64,000 bases of DNA from Alphaproteobacteria bacterium. GTDB taxonomy: Bacteria; Pseudomonadota; Alphaproteobacteria; JAAXGF01. The notes below the pieces were generated by a model, which saw nothing but the letters and a program-made list of their open reading frames with translations, was not told the origin of the DNA and searched no databases. Location: the NCBI GenBank assembly GCA_963555825.3, contig CAUVXB020000001.1:192001-256000 (forward strand), read 5' to 3'. Positions 41,001-52,290 of this stretch are shown here, piece by piece; position 1 is the stretch's first letter; each line of letters starts with the position of its first letter. The translations under genes were made by a program, and so were the position numbers.

Positions 41001-41129
41001 CGGATACATCGATGGGTTCTATAATCCAGTCCGTCGGCACTCGACGCTGGACTTCACAAGCCCCGTCAAATTCGAGGCAGAAGCAATGCAAACGGTGTAG
41101 GGCGCCTCCACTTTTCCTGGATGGGTCCA
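41000..41129 (+). mobile_element. Inverted right-end fragment of the same IS3 element
   Basis: Reverse complement of 36355-36473 plus the complete end ...GGATGGGTCCA. Confidence 0.85.
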
Positions 41130-41199
41130 GACTGCATCGCGCAAGGTGTCGATATCTAGATTGGCTTTCATCGGCGGTTGCTCCGGGTGGGGTGGCCGC

Positions 41200-41540
41200 G
41201 CACAGCGTGGTGCGCGATGTTGTCTCGTGCTCTGCTGCTCCGGGGTCACGTAGGCCGCCGTGATGATGCCGTCGGCCAGATAGGCCGCGCCGGTCACGTA
41301 GGAGGACTCGTCCGAGGCGAGGAACAGCGCCACGGCTGCTACCTCCGACATCCGGCCGAGTCGTCCGAGCGGCATGTGGATGCGGCGGCGTTCGAAGCTC
41401 TGCGGCGAGTCGAACAGCCTATCGACCATTCCCGTGTCGACCGGGCCGGGACACAGCGCGTTGGCGCGGATGATTTGACGTGCGTACTGGATCGCGATCT
41501 CCCGGGTCATGGCCACCACCCCGCCCTTGGACGCGCAGTC
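41200..41540 (-). pseudogene. C-terminal half of an SDR oxidoreductase
   Basis: CASKGGV, ANALCPGPVDT, PLGRLG and FLASDESSYVTG motifs; no Rossmann N-terminus. Confidence 0.8.
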
Positions 41541-41743
41541 GCACGACGGGCTGCAACATGTCCGGTGCCCCGAGAGGCAGGCGGTCTCATCTCGACGCCC
41601 GCGCACGATGGCGCACTCTTACCCCAACTGCTAAGATATCCGCGAACCGAAAGCGGCAGGGCAGGGACTCGGATCCGCGTTCCTACCCCGCCGTGTAACA
41701 ACAACCGTGTGAACAACGCTCGACAAACTCAAGGGAGTGCACC

Positions 41744-43075
41744 ATGGCACCAATCGATCAGGCTTCGGCGCTACTCAAGGAGCTCAAGGGGAAAAAGATT
41801 CGCTACGTGCGCTTCGAGCTACCGGATATCCACGGCACGAGCCGCACCAAGGTGATTCCGATCGACAGTGTCGAGGGATATGCGCGGAACGGCCTGAACT
41901 TCTACGGCGGAACCATCGCGCTCGACTCCGCCTCCAACGTGGTGGGCGGCACGGGCATGGCCGAGGAGGTGAGTTACCGAGATCTGCAACTTGTGCCAGA
42001 TCCGAACACGGTGAGGATCGTGCCCTGGCTCGAGGACACCGCGAAGGTGATCTGTGACGCCCGCTGGGGGCCGGGCGAGCCCATCGAGGCCGCTCCCCGC
42101 TACGTGCTGAAAAGGCTCCTGAACGAGGCCGAAACGATGGGCTACGTGGTGCTCATGGGTCACGAGTTCGAGTTCTACCTGCTCGATCGCGAGACCCACG
42201 AGCCGCTCTTCGGCGGGGTGCACATCTTCAACAGCGTGCGCAACCAGTATGTGCCCTTCCTCGACAGCCTTCTCGATCAACTCCAGAGGATCGGCGTCGA
42301 CGTCATCACTCACAACTGCGAGTACTCACCCTCGCAGTTCGAAATCAACTTCGGTCCCAGCTGGGGCATCGAGGGCGCGGACAAGGCGTTCACCTTCAAA
42401 AATAGCATCAAGGAGCTCGCCCACCGCGCAGGCTATCTAGCGACTTTCATGTCCAAGCCCGCGAGCGACATGGCTGGCAGCGGATGCCACGTGCACATAA
42501 GCCTCGCAAAAAAGCGCGGCCGCAGGAATGCGTTCAACGATCCCAAGGCCCGCGACGGGATGCCCAACGTGATGCGCGCCTTCACCTGCGGCATCCTCGA
42601 TCACGCCGATGCCTTGATGCCGCTGATCGGCCCGACGCCAAATTGCTACCGGCGCCTGAAGCCCCACACCTTCGCCCCCTCCAACATAAGCTGGGGCGTC
42701 GAGGACCGCACGGCGCTGGTGCGCATCCTGCATCCGGGCACCAAGGCGGCGCACATCGAGATGCGTGCGGGCTCGGGGCTGAGCAACCCTTACCTGAGCG
42801 CCGCCGGCGTGCTCGCCGCGGGACTCCTGGGCGTGAAGGCCAAGGGCCGGTTGCCGCGACCGAGCAAGGGGCCAAGCGAGGAGAATCCCGATCTACCTAA
42901 GCTGCCGCCCAACCTCGGCGTCGCGCTCGACGGGCTCGAGGCGGACAAGGACATGCGGCGCATGCTCGGCGAGGACCTCGTGAAGGTATTCACGACCGTA
43001 AAGCGCTTCGAGCTCGCGCGCTTCAACGACCACGTCACTGACTGGGAGCGCAACGAGTACCTGGAGGTGTACTAG
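41744..43075 (+). CDS. Glutamine synthetase-like protein (PuuA-like gamma-glutamyl-amine ligase)
   Basis: GHEFEFY, EYSPSQFE, GSGCHVH, NCYRRL and EMR...NPYL motifs. Confidence 0.92.
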   Translation: MAPIDQASALLKELKGKKIRYVRFELPDIHGTSRTKVIPIDSVEGYARNGLNFYGGTIALDSASNVVGGTGMAEEVSYRDLQLVPDPNTVRIVPWLEDTAKVICDARWGPGEPIEAAPRYVLKRLLNEAETMGYVVLMGHEFEFYLLDRETHEPLFGGVHIFNSVRNQYVPFLDSLLDQLQRIGVDVITHNCEYSPSQFEINFGPSWGIEGADKAFTFKNSIKELAHRAGYLATFMSKPASDMAGSGCHVHISLAKKRGRRNAFNDPKARDGMPNVMRAFTCGILDHADALMPLIGPTPNCYRRLKPHTFAPSNISWGVEDRTALVRILHPGTKAAHIEMRAGSGLSNPYLSAAGVLAAGLLGVKAKGRLPRPSKGPSEENPDLPKLPPNLGVALDGLEADKDMRRMLGEDLVKVFTTVKRFELARFNDHVTDWERNEYLEVY

Positions 43076-43311
43076 CGCCCGGATATTTCACTAGACCGGG
43101 CTCACGCGAGCTCGCGAATACGCCCGGGCGAGCCGACGCTACCGGCGACGATCAGATAGCCGATAGCGCCTCGTGAGCGGCTTCCATGAGCAACACCGGG
43201 TCGACTTTGGTGGTGCGATAGGTGTGAGGGAAAGCGATTGGATCAACGCTAGTGTCCTGATCGATAAATTGATATGATTATGTCTCTATTTGTTTTTAGG
43301 AGGCGCGATTG

Positions 43312-44433
43312 ATGGCGAGAGTGGCGGTGACGATCTCTTTGAGCGATGACGAGCGCGCCGAATTGGAGGCGCTGTCTCGTCGTCGCAAGACGTCGCAGGG
43401 GCTTGCGCGGCGGGCTCGGATCGTCTTGGCGGCGGCGGAAGGGTTGGAGAACAAGGAGATCGCCGTTCGTCTCGAGGCGAGCGCGGACACCGTGGGCAAG
43501 TGGCGTCGCCGCTATGCGGCGGAGGGCCTCGACGGTCTGTACGACGAACCCCGCCCCGGCGCGCCGCGTCAAATCGGCGATGACGCCATCGCGGAAGCGG
43601 TCCGGCTGACGCTGGAAGAGACGCCGCCGGACGCGACCCATTGGAGCCTTCGCTCGATGGCGCGGGCGAGCGGCCACGCGCCCTCGACCATTCATCGCAT
43701 CTGGCGGGCCTTCGGCTTGCAGCCGCATCGCTCGGAGACCTTCAAGCTGTCGAGCGATCCCTTCTTCGTGGAGAAGGTCCGCGACATCGTCGGTCTGTAT
43801 TTGGCGCCGCCGGATCGTGCCCTGGTTCTCTGTGTCGACGAAAAGAGCCAGATCCAGGCCCTGGACCGTTCCCAGCCCCTCTTGCCGATGCGCCCCGGGC
43901 AGGCGGAGCGGCGCAGCCACGACTACAAGCGCCACGGCACGACCTCTCTCTTCGCGGCCCTCGACATCGCCACGGGAGAGATCATCGGCAAATGTTTCCC
44001 GCGCCATCGGGCCCGAGAGTTCCGCAAATTCCTCGACCTCGTCGAGGCGAACGTCCCTGCTGATCTCGACATCCACATCGTCATGGACAACTACGGGACC
44101 CACAAGACCAAGGCGATCCGCGACTGGTTCGCCAAACGGCCGCGCTGGCAGGCCCATTTCACACCCACCAGCGCCTCCTGGCTGAACCAGGTCGAGCGCT
44201 GGTTCGGGCTGCTGACCGACAAGCAGATCAGGCGCGGCGTCCATCGCTCCACCAAGGAGTTGGAGCGCACCATCCTCGACTACATCGACACGACAAACCA
44301 GAACCCCAAACCCTTCAAATGGACCAAATCCGCCGATGACATCCTCGGCGCCATCCAGCGCTTCTGCCTCCGAACAATCGAAATCGCTGAACAGCAGGCG
44401 AAAATCATGCGAACTTCGGAATCGGGACACTAG
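43312..44433 (+). CDS. IS630 transposase, array copy 1
   Basis: [17 protein letters not shown] and SWLNQVE motifs; AGGAGG RBS. Confidence 0.93.
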   Translation: MARVAVTISLSDDERAELEALSRRRKTSQGLARRARIVLAAAEGLENKEIAVRLEASADTVGKWRRRYAAEGLDGLYDEPRPGAPRQIGDDAIAEAVRLTLEETPPDATHWSLRSMARASGHAPSTIHRIWRAFGLQPHRSETFKLSSDPFFVEKVRDIVGLYLAPPDRALVLCVDEKSQIQALDRSQPLLPMRPGQAERRSHDYKRHGTTSLFAALDIATGEIIGKCFPRHRAREFRKFLDLVEANVPADLDIHIVMDNYGTHKTKAIRDWFAKRPRWQAHFTPTSASWLNQVERWFGLLTDKQIRRGVHRSTKELERTILDYIDTTNQNPKPFKWTKSADDILGAIQRFCLRTIEIAEQQAKIMRTSESGH

Positions 44434-44492
44434 TGTCCTGATCGATAAATTGATATGATTATGTCTCTATTTGTTTTTAGGAGGCGCGATTG

Positions 44493-45614
44493 ATGGCGAG
44501 AGTGGCGGTGACGATCTCTTTGAGCGATGACGAGCGCGCCGAATTGGAGGCGCTGTCTCGTCGTCGCAAGACGTCGCAGGGGCTTGCGCGGCGGGCTCGG
44601 ATCGTCTTGGCGGCGGCGGAAGGGTTGGAGAACAAGGAGATCGCCGTTCGTCTCGAGGCGAGCGCGGACACCGTGGGCAAGTGGCGTCGCCGCTATGCGG
44701 CGGAGGGCCTCGACGGTCTGTACGACGAACCCCGCCCCGGCGCGCCGCGTCAAATCGGCGATGACGCCATCGCGGAAGCGGTCCGGCTGACGCTGGAAGA
44801 GACGCCGCCGGACGCGACCCATTGGAGCCTTCGCTCGATGGCGCGGGCGAGCGGCCACGCGCCCTCGACCATTCATCGCATCTGGCGGGCCTTCGGCTTG
44901 CAGCCGCATCGCTCGGAGACCTTCAAGCTGTCGAGCGATCCCTTCTTCGTGGAGAAGGTCCGCGACATCGTCGGTCTGTATTTGGCGCCGCCGGATCGTG
45001 CCCTGGTTCTCTGTGTCGACGAAAAGAGCCAGATCCAGGCCCTGGACCGTTCCCAGCCCCTCTTGCCGATGCGCCCCGGGCAGGCGGAGCGGCGCAGCCA
45101 CGACTACAAGCGCCACGGCACGACCTCTCTCTTCGCGGCCCTCGACATCGCCACGGGAGAGATCATCGGCAAATGTTTCCCGCGCCATCGGGCCCGAGAG
45201 TTCCGCAAATTCCTCGACCTCGTCGAGGCGAACGTCCCTGCTGATCTCGACATCCACATCGTCATGGACAACTACGGGACCCACAAGACCAAGGCGATCC
45301 GCGACTGGTTCGCCAAACGGCCGCGCTGGCAGGCCCATTTCACACCCACCAGCGCCTCCTGGCTGAACCAGGTCGAGCGCTGGTTCGGGCTGCTGACCGA
45401 CAAGCAGATCAGGCGCGGCGTCCATCGCTCCACCAAGGAGTTGGAGCGCACCATCCTCGACTACATCGACACGACAAACCAGAACCCCAAACCCTTCAAA
45501 TGGACCAAATCCGCCGATGACATCCTCGGCGCCATCCAGCGCTTCTGCCTCCGAACAATCGAAATCGCTGAACAGCAGGCGAAAATCATGCGAACTTCGG
45601 AATCGGGACACTAG
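44493..45614 (+). CDS. IS630 transposase, array copy 2
   Basis: Identical to copy 1. Confidence 0.9.
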   Translation: MARVAVTISLSDDERAELEALSRRRKTSQGLARRARIVLAAAEGLENKEIAVRLEASADTVGKWRRRYAAEGLDGLYDEPRPGAPRQIGDDAIAEAVRLTLEETPPDATHWSLRSMARASGHAPSTIHRIWRAFGLQPHRSETFKLSSDPFFVEKVRDIVGLYLAPPDRALVLCVDEKSQIQALDRSQPLLPMRPGQAERRSHDYKRHGTTSLFAALDIATGEIIGKCFPRHRAREFRKFLDLVEANVPADLDIHIVMDNYGTHKTKAIRDWFAKRPRWQAHFTPTSASWLNQVERWFGLLTDKQIRRGVHRSTKELERTILDYIDTTNQNPKPFKWTKSADDILGAIQRFCLRTIEIAEQQAKIMRTSESGH

Positions 45615-45673
45615 TGTCCTGATCGATAAATTGATATGATTATGTCTCTATTTGTTTTTAGGAGGCGCGATTG

Positions 45674-46795
45674 ATGGCGAGAGTGGCGGTGACGATCTCT
45701 TTGAGCGATGACGAGCGCGCCGAATTGGAGGCGCTGTCTCGTCGTCGCAAGACGTCGCAGGGGCTTGCGCGGCGGGCTCGGATCGTCTTGGCGGCGGCGG
45801 AAGGGTTGGAGAACAAGGAGATCGCCGTTCGTCTCGAGGCGAGCGCGGACACCGTGGGCAAGTGGCGTCGCCGCTATGCGGCGGAGGGCCTCGACGGTCT
45901 GTACGACGAACCCCGCCCCGGCGCGCCGCGTCAAATCGGCGATGACGCCATCGCGGAAGCGGTCCGGCTGACGCTGGAAGAGACGCCGCCGGACGCGACC
46001 CATTGGAGCCTTCGCTCGATGGCGCGGGCGAGCGGCCACGCGCCCTCGACCATTCATCGCATCTGGCGGGCCTTCGGCTTGCAGCCGCATCGCTCGGAGA
46101 CCTTCAAGCTGTCGAGCGATCCCTTCTTCGTGGAGAAGGTCCGCGACATCGTCGGTCTGTATTTGGCGCCGCCGGATCGTGCCCTGGTTCTCTGTGTCGA
46201 CGAAAAGAGCCAGATCCAGGCCCTGGACCGTTCCCAGCCCCTCTTGCCGATGCGCCCCGGGCAGGCGGAGCGGCGCAGCCACGACTACAAGCGCCACGGC
46301 ACGACCTCTCTCTTCGCGGCCCTCGACATCGCCACGGGAGAGATCATCGGCAAATGTTTCCCGCGCCATCGGGCCCGAGAGTTCCGCAAATTCCTCGACC
46401 TCGTCGAGGCGAACGTCCCTGCTGATCTCGACATCCACATCGTCATGGACAACTACGGGACCCACAAGACCAAGGCGATCCGCGACTGGTTCGCCAAACG
46501 GCCGCGCTGGCAGGCCCATTTCACACCCACCAGCGCCTCCTGGCTGAACCAGGTCGAGCGCTGGTTCGGGCTGCTGACCGACAAGCAGATCAGGCGCGGC
46601 GTCCATCGCTCCACCAAGGAGTTGGAGCGCACCATCCTCGACTACATCGACACGACAAACCAGAACCCCAAACCCTTCAAATGGACCAAATCCGCCGATG
46701 ACATCCTCGGCGCCATCCAGCGCTTCTGCCTCCGAACAATCGAAATCGCTGAACAGCAGGCGAAAATCATGCGAACTTCGGAATCGGGACACTAG
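45674..46795 (+). CDS. IS630 transposase, array copy 3
   Basis: Identical to copy 1. Confidence 0.9.
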   Translation: MARVAVTISLSDDERAELEALSRRRKTSQGLARRARIVLAAAEGLENKEIAVRLEASADTVGKWRRRYAAEGLDGLYDEPRPGAPRQIGDDAIAEAVRLTLEETPPDATHWSLRSMARASGHAPSTIHRIWRAFGLQPHRSETFKLSSDPFFVEKVRDIVGLYLAPPDRALVLCVDEKSQIQALDRSQPLLPMRPGQAERRSHDYKRHGTTSLFAALDIATGEIIGKCFPRHRAREFRKFLDLVEANVPADLDIHIVMDNYGTHKTKAIRDWFAKRPRWQAHFTPTSASWLNQVERWFGLLTDKQIRRGVHRSTKELERTILDYIDTTNQNPKPFKWTKSADDILGAIQRFCLRTIEIAEQQAKIMRTSESGH

Positions 46796-46854
46796 TGTCC
46801 TGATCGATAAATTGATATGATTATGTCTCTATTTGTTTTTAGGAGGCGCGATTG

Positions 46855-47976
46855 ATGGCGAGAGTGGCGGTGACGATCTCTTTGAGCGATGACGAGCGCG
46901 CCGAATTGGAGGCGCTGTCTCGTCGTCGCAAGACGTCGCAGGGGCTTGCGCGGCGGGCTCGGATCGTCTTGGCGGCGGCGGAAGGGTTGGAGAACAAGGA
47001 GATCGCCGTTCGTCTCGAGGCGAGCGCGGACACCGTGGGCAAGTGGCGTCGCCGCTATGCGGCGGAGGGCCTCGACGGTCTGTACGACGAACCCCGCCCC
47101 GGCGCGCCGCGTCAAATCGGCGATGACGCCATCGCGGAAGCGGTCCGGCTGACGCTGGAAGAGACGCCGCCGGACGCGACCCATTGGAGCCTTCGCTCGA
47201 TGGCGCGGGCGAGCGGCCACGCGCCCTCGACCATTCATCGCATCTGGCGGGCCTTCGGCTTGCAGCCGCATCGCTCGGAGACCTTCAAGCTGTCGAGCGA
47301 TCCCTTCTTCGTGGAGAAGGTCCGCGACATCGTCGGTCTGTATTTGGCGCCGCCGGATCGTGCCCTGGTTCTCTGTGTCGACGAAAAGAGCCAGATCCAG
47401 GCCCTGGACCGTTCCCAGCCCCTCTTGCCGATGCGCCCCGGGCAGGCGGAGCGGCGCAGCCACGACTACAAGCGCCACGGCACGACCTCTCTCTTCGCGG
47501 CCCTCGACATCGCCACGGGAGAGATCATCGGCAAATGTTTCCCGCGCCATCGGGCCCGAGAGTTCCGCAAATTCCTCGACCTCGTCGAGGCGAACGTCCC
47601 TGCTGATCTCGACATCCACATCGTCATGGACAACTACGGGACCCACAAGACCAAGGCGATCCGCGACTGGTTCGCCAAACGGCCGCGCTGGCAGGCCCAT
47701 TTCACACCCACCAGCGCCTCCTGGCTGAACCAGGTCGAGCGCTGGTTCGGGCTGCTGACCGACAAGCAGATCAGGCGCGGCGTCCATCGCTCCACCAAGG
47801 AGTTGGAGCGCACCATCCTCGACTACATCGACACGACAAACCAGAACCCCAAACCCTTCAAATGGACCAAATCCGCCGATGACATCCTCGGCGCCATCCA
47901 GCGCTTCTGCCTCCGAACAATCGAAATCGCTGAACAGCAGGCGAAAATCATGCGAACTTCGGAATCGGGACACTAG
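46855..47976 (+). CDS. IS630 transposase, array copy 4
   Basis: Identical to copy 1. Confidence 0.9.
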   Translation: MARVAVTISLSDDERAELEALSRRRKTSQGLARRARIVLAAAEGLENKEIAVRLEASADTVGKWRRRYAAEGLDGLYDEPRPGAPRQIGDDAIAEAVRLTLEETPPDATHWSLRSMARASGHAPSTIHRIWRAFGLQPHRSETFKLSSDPFFVEKVRDIVGLYLAPPDRALVLCVDEKSQIQALDRSQPLLPMRPGQAERRSHDYKRHGTTSLFAALDIATGEIIGKCFPRHRAREFRKFLDLVEANVPADLDIHIVMDNYGTHKTKAIRDWFAKRPRWQAHFTPTSASWLNQVERWFGLLTDKQIRRGVHRSTKELERTILDYIDTTNQNPKPFKWTKSADDILGAIQRFCLRTIEIAEQQAKIMRTSESGH

Positions 47977-49025
47977 AGCCGATTCAATTTATTCCGGTTC
48001 ATAACCTGCTGCGGTGAAGTAGTTTCGACAGTCGATGTGTGTGAAGTCGTCGATGGCTTTTGCGATGACCTGCCAGAGGTCGTGGATGGTTCGGACGGCG
48101 GCCTTTCTGAGGGTTGCCTTGAGCTTGGAGAAAGCCATTTCGATGGGATTGAGGTCGGGCGAATAAGGCGGCAGATAGAGCAGGGTTGCGCCGGCCTGTT
48201 CGATGGTGGCACGAACGCCGGTGACCTTGTGGGCGGGCAGGTTATCCATGACGACGATGTCGCCCGGCGCCAACTCGGGCACCAGCACGTGGGTCACATA
48301 GGCGCGGAAGGCGTCCCCGTCCATCGGCCCATCGAGCAGCATGGGCGCGCTCAGGCCGCCCAAGCGCAGGCCGGCGGTGAAGGTCGTGGTCTTCCAATGG
48401 CCATGGGGGACGGCGGCCCGGCAGCGCTCTCCGCGCTTGGCCCGGCCCCGCAAGCGGGCCATTTTGGTCGAGGCGCCGGTCTCATCGATGAAGATGAGTT
48501 TTTCGGGATCAAGATCGGGTTGAGCGTCGAACCAAGCCTGGCGGCGAGCGGCGACGTCAGGCCGCTCTTGCTCGGCGGCGTGCGCGGTTTTTTTTGAAGC
48601 TGATCCCGCGCCGATCAAAGAAATACCAGATCGTCGCCGGACAAGCCGACACGGCCTGTTTCTCCGCTAGGCGCTCGGCGATCTCCGCCAGGCTGATGTC
48701 CGGCCGCTCCCTCACCAGCGCCAGAATGAAGGCCGCATGGGCATCCAGCTTCGAGCCGCCCGGCTGACCTTGCTTGCGTGCCGAAACCTCGCCCGTCTCG
48801 CGATAGCGCCGATACCAAGTCACCGCCGTCGAAACCCCGATCCCAAATCGAGCCGCCGCCTGGCGTGTCGAAAGCCCACCTGAAATCGCCTCAATCACCC
48901 GAATCCGAAGATCTGTACTGTAGCTCCGTGACATCGAACCCTCCTCTTTGAACCAGAGAGGACCGAATCACAGATCAAGCCTCAGGGGAATCCTTAAAAT
49001 GATTCCGCGTTCATTGAAACCGCTC
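47976..49025 (-). mobile_element. Different IS630 element (OrfA 48557-48934; OrfB to 47989; A8 frameshift site 48588-48595)
   Basis: IR GAGCCGATTCAAT / ATTGAAACCGCTC between CTAG sites; FIDETG, MDNL and LPPYSPDLNPIE motifs. Confidence 0.9.
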
Positions 49026-49042
49026 TAGGTCTATGCTACCCT
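49014..49042 (+). promoter_or_regulatory. Putative hybrid sigma70 promoter TTGAAA-N17-(TGc)TACCCT for the ABC operon
   Basis: -35 lies in the IS end and -10 in host DNA; motif match only. Confidence 0.5.
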
Positions 49043-49111
49043 GCCGCGGTTTGCGGGCCGGTCACTCGGCGCGCCGATCTTCAGTCAAAAATAAAGGGAG
49101 TGATCACCATC

Positions 49112-50257
49112 ATGAACAAGCTTAGTCGTCGCCGTTTCTTCAAGGTCTCCGGGGGTGCAGCCGCCGTGGTCGCAGCGCCGGCTCTCATTTCGAGGCGGGC
49201 CCTCGCGGCTCGCGAGAAAGAGCTCAACATCCTTTGCTGGGAGGGCTACAACTCCGACGAAGTGCTCGATCCGTTCCGCAAGATGTCCGGCGCCAAGGTG
49301 CGAGCCGAGAGCGGCACCTCGGATCCCGACATGATCAACAAGCTGCGTGCCGGCGAGATCAACGTGTGGGACGTGATCAACGTCAACCAACCATGGGCGC
49401 GCGAACACATGTATCCGGAAAAGCTGATCAAGCCGATCCCGAGGGATACGTTCGAGCCTTACATGGAAAACATGATGGAGGCGTTCCATCCGCCCTACAA
49501 GTGGGCGTTGTCCCTCGACGGCAAAGATCTCCTCGGCATGACGCAGCGCTTCGGCCCGTTCAACTTTGTAGTGAACACCGAGAAGATTTCCCGCGCTACC
49601 GCCGAGGACGAGGGCTTCGATCTCTTCAACGAGGCGAGCAACGCGGGCAAATACGGCATCCTCACTTACGACAACTGGAACATCTTCCACATGTGCCTCG
49701 GCGCGGGCGTCAACCCGTTCCAGAAGCACACCCAGGCCGACATCGATGCCTTCGAGAAGACCGCGCGCAAGTGGTTCAAGGGCGCCAAGCTGCTGACCGA
49801 CGACCTGGTGCAGATGAATCTGGCCCTCATCAACGGCGAGATCGATCTCTACTGCACCGGCGGCACCTACACCGCTTCGTCGGCGCGCCTGGATGGCGCG
49901 ACCAACGTGCGCGGCATCACGCCGAAGCGCGGTCCCATGGGCGGCAAGGGTGGTATCGTCTGGGTGGAGATCACCTCGGTGGTCAATAACCCGCAAGTCT
50001 CGCCGCTCGCCGAGGAGTTTTTGCACTATGTGCAGCGTCCGGACGTGTGCCACAGTGTGGCCTTCTCCGAGGGCACCTACAATCCCATCACCCAGATGGC
50101 GCAGCCGGAAGTGTTCAACCAGTTCACCAAGCAGGAGCTCGACGCCATCCAATGGGATACCCTCGAGGAGGATCTGTCGAACTGCTCGGACTACGACATC
50201 AATCCGGATTACGACGCCATGGATACGCTCTACAACGCGGCCAAGCGGGAGGCCTGA
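49112..50257 (+). CDS. PotD/PotF-family ABC substrate-binding protein with Tat signal
   Basis: SRRRFFK Tat motif; LNILCWEGY. Confidence 0.88.
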   Translation: MNKLSRRRFFKVSGGAAAVVAAPALISRRALAAREKELNILCWEGYNSDEVLDPFRKMSGAKVRAESGTSDPDMINKLRAGEINVWDVINVNQPWAREHMYPEKLIKPIPRDTFEPYMENMMEAFHPPYKWALSLDGKDLLGMTQRFGPFNFVVNTEKISRATAEDEGFDLFNEASNAGKYGILTYDNWNIFHMCLGAGVNPFQKHTQADIDAFEKTARKWFKGAKLLTDDLVQMNLALINGEIDLYCTGGTYTASSARLDGATNVRGITPKRGPMGGKGGIVWVEITSVVNNPQVSPLAEEFLHYVQRPDVCHSVAFSEGTYNPITQMAQPEVFNQFTKQELDAIQWDTLEEDLSNCSDYDINPDYDAMDTLYNAAKREA

Positions 50258-50306
50258 GGCTTCGCGTTCCAGGGACCAATCCGGGAGCCCGGGAGGGATG
50301 CCGGAC

Positions 50307-51371
50307 ATGAGCGACGGCGTCATCCTGCGGCTCGCGGACCTGTCCAAGCACTTCGGCGCGCTCAAGGCCGTCGACTCCGTCAGCCTCGACATCAATGACG
50401 GTGAGCTGTTCACCGTCGTGGGCCCGTCGGGCAGCGGCAAGACCACGCTGCTGCGCATGCTCGCGGGCATGGAGCGGCCCACGCGGGGCGACATCCTGCT
50501 GCGCGGGGAGCGGATCAACGACATACCCACCAACCACCGCCCCACCTGCATGGTGTTCCAGTCGCTCGCGTTGTTTCCGCATCGCACGGTGGGCCAGAAC
50601 ATCGAGTTTTCGCTCAAAGTCAAGGGCGTTTCATCCGCCAATCGCCGCGAGCGCGCCGAGCAGCTAATGGCGCAGCTGCACTTGCCGCTCGACTTCTACG
50701 CCAAGCGCGTCACTGAGTGCTCCGGCGGTGAGCGCCAACGCGTGGCGCTTGCCCGCGCGCTCGCCTACGACCCGGAGATACTGTTCTTCGATGAGCCGCT
50801 GTCGGCCATCGACTATCGATTGCGCAAGACGCTCGAGAAGGAGCTCAAGGACATTCACCGGGAGACCGCCAAGACCTTCGTCTACGTCACCCACTCGCTC
50901 GAGGAGGCGATGGTGATGAGCGATCGCATCGGGATCATGCGCGCGGGCCGTCTCGTGCAGGTCGGGACCCCGGACGAGATCTACAACCGACCGATCAACA
51001 AGTTCGTCTCCGAGTTCATGGGAGAGGTGAACGTGCTCGAGGTGACTCACTCCGTGGGCAATAGGCTCGCCTGCCCGAGCCTCGACGCCGAGTTCAGCGC
51101 GCCGGCGATGCCGAACGGCTTCACCTCGGGGCACCTCGTCATCCGGCCCGAATCGGTACGCTTCCTCTCGGATCCGAGCGAGGCCGAGAACGCCGTGCAA
51201 GGCACCGTCTACAACATGTACGCGCTCGGCTCGCGCATTCAGTATCAAGTACAGGTGGGCACTCACGTCTTCACGGTGGAGAAGCTGAGAGAGCAGCGTT
51301 ACGAGGGCAATCTGGACGACGTCGTGACCGTCGGCTGGGATGCGGCCGACAGCATCCTGGTGAGCGACTGA
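50307..51371 (+). CDS. PotA-like ABC ATPase
   Basis: GPSGSGKTT, SGGERQRVALARAL and DEPLS motifs; TOBE-like C-terminus. Confidence 0.93.
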   Translation: MSDGVILRLADLSKHFGALKAVDSVSLDINDGELFTVVGPSGSGKTTLLRMLAGMERPTRGDILLRGERINDIPTNHRPTCMVFQSLALFPHRTVGQNIEFSLKVKGVSSANRRERAEQLMAQLHLPLDFYAKRVTECSGGERQRVALARALAYDPEILFFDEPLSAIDYRLRKTLEKELKDIHRETAKTFVYVTHSLEEAMVMSDRIGIMRAGRLVQVGTPDEIYNRPINKFVSEFMGEVNVLEVTHSVGNRLACPSLDAEFSAPAMPNGFTSGHLVIRPESVRFLSDPSEAENAVQGTVYNMYALGSRIQYQVQVGTHVFTVEKLREQRYEGNLDDVVTVGWDAADSILVSD

Positions 51372-51376
51372 TAGCG

Positions 51377-52285
51377 ATGCCGCGCGAGCAGCTCGCGGCC
51401 GACGGGCTCGAGGTGAGCCGGGGCAGTTGGCGACTTCCCGCCTGGCTCAAGCAGCCGGGGCTTCTCTGCTCGCTGCCGCTGCTGACGCTGCTGCTGCTCG
51501 GATTCCTGGCGCCGCTGACGGTGGTCGTCGGCTACAGCTTCATGCCGCCCAAGACCTTCGGCTTCGCGCATCTGCCGACCCTCGAGAACTTTCACAACAT
51601 CATGAACGAAAGCTACTACCGCTCGTTCCTGTGGTCATTCGGCCTCGCCCTCACCACCGTGGTCATCCTACTCCTCGTCTGCTATCCGCTCGCCTACGGC
51701 ATGGCGAAGCTGTTCGGACGCTGGTCGAACCTGCTCACGCTGCTGCTGGTGATTCCGCTATTCGTCTCGGAGAACATCCGTCTTTACGGCTGGTTGCTGT
51801 TCTTGATAAAGGGGGGCGTTGTGCTCGGCGCGCTCCAGAGCTGGTTCGGCGTCTCGCCCGACAGCGTGATTTACACGGTGCCTGTCATCGTGCTCGGGCT
51901 GGTCTATGTGTACGTGCCCTTCACGCTGTTTCCCATGGTGCTCGGCATCTCGATGGTGCCGCGCGAAGTGACGGACGCGGCCGCCGATCTAGGTGCCAGC
52001 CGCTGGCAGGTGTTTCTCGAGGTGGAGCTCCCTCTCGCCATGCCCGGCTACCTCATCGGCGCCATGCTCACCTTCGTGCTCGCGCTCGGCTCGCTTGCGG
52101 AGTCGAAGATCCTCGGCGGCCAGACGGTGATCATGATTGCCGACGACATCGAGACCGCCTTCACCTTCAGTCAGAACTGGCCACTCGGCTCGGCGCTATC
52201 GGTGCTGCTGATCGCGCTCGTCGGAGCGATGCTGCTGTACTTGCTCAAGCGCCTCGACCTCGACGCCATCCTCGGGCGGCGGTGA
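51377..52285 (+). CDS. PotB-like ABC permease
   Basis: TM helices; DAAADLGASRWQ EAA loop; NWPLGSA. Confidence 0.92.
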   Translation: MPREQLAADGLEVSRGSWRLPAWLKQPGLLCSLPLLTLLLLGFLAPLTVVVGYSFMPPKTFGFAHLPTLENFHNIMNESYYRSFLWSFGLALTTVVILLLVCYPLAYGMAKLFGRWSNLLTLLLVIPLFVSENIRLYGWLLFLIKGGVVLGALQSWFGVSPDSVIYTVPVIVLGLVYVYVPFTLFPMVLGISMVPREVTDAAADLGASRWQVFLEVELPLAMPGYLIGAMLTFVLALGSLAESKILGGQTVIMIADDIETAFTFSQNWPLGSALSVLLIALVGAMLLYLLKRLDLDAILGRR

Positions 52286-52290
52286 CCGGC

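Larger units (their letters stand above)
43252..47973 (+). repeat. Tandem array of four identical IS630 elements (1181-bp period)
   Basis: Units start at 43252, 44433, 45614 and 46795; junctions GGGACAC-TA-GTGTCCT. Confidence 0.95.

Noticed and set aside
43249-47973. Repeated 393-aa minus-strand ORFs; possible CRISPR-like array
   Set aside because: They are antisense to the IS630 transposase, and the units are identical 1.18-kb IS copies with no spacers.
49085-50641. 518-aa minus-strand ORF
   Set aside because: Antisense to the well-supported ABC transporter genes.
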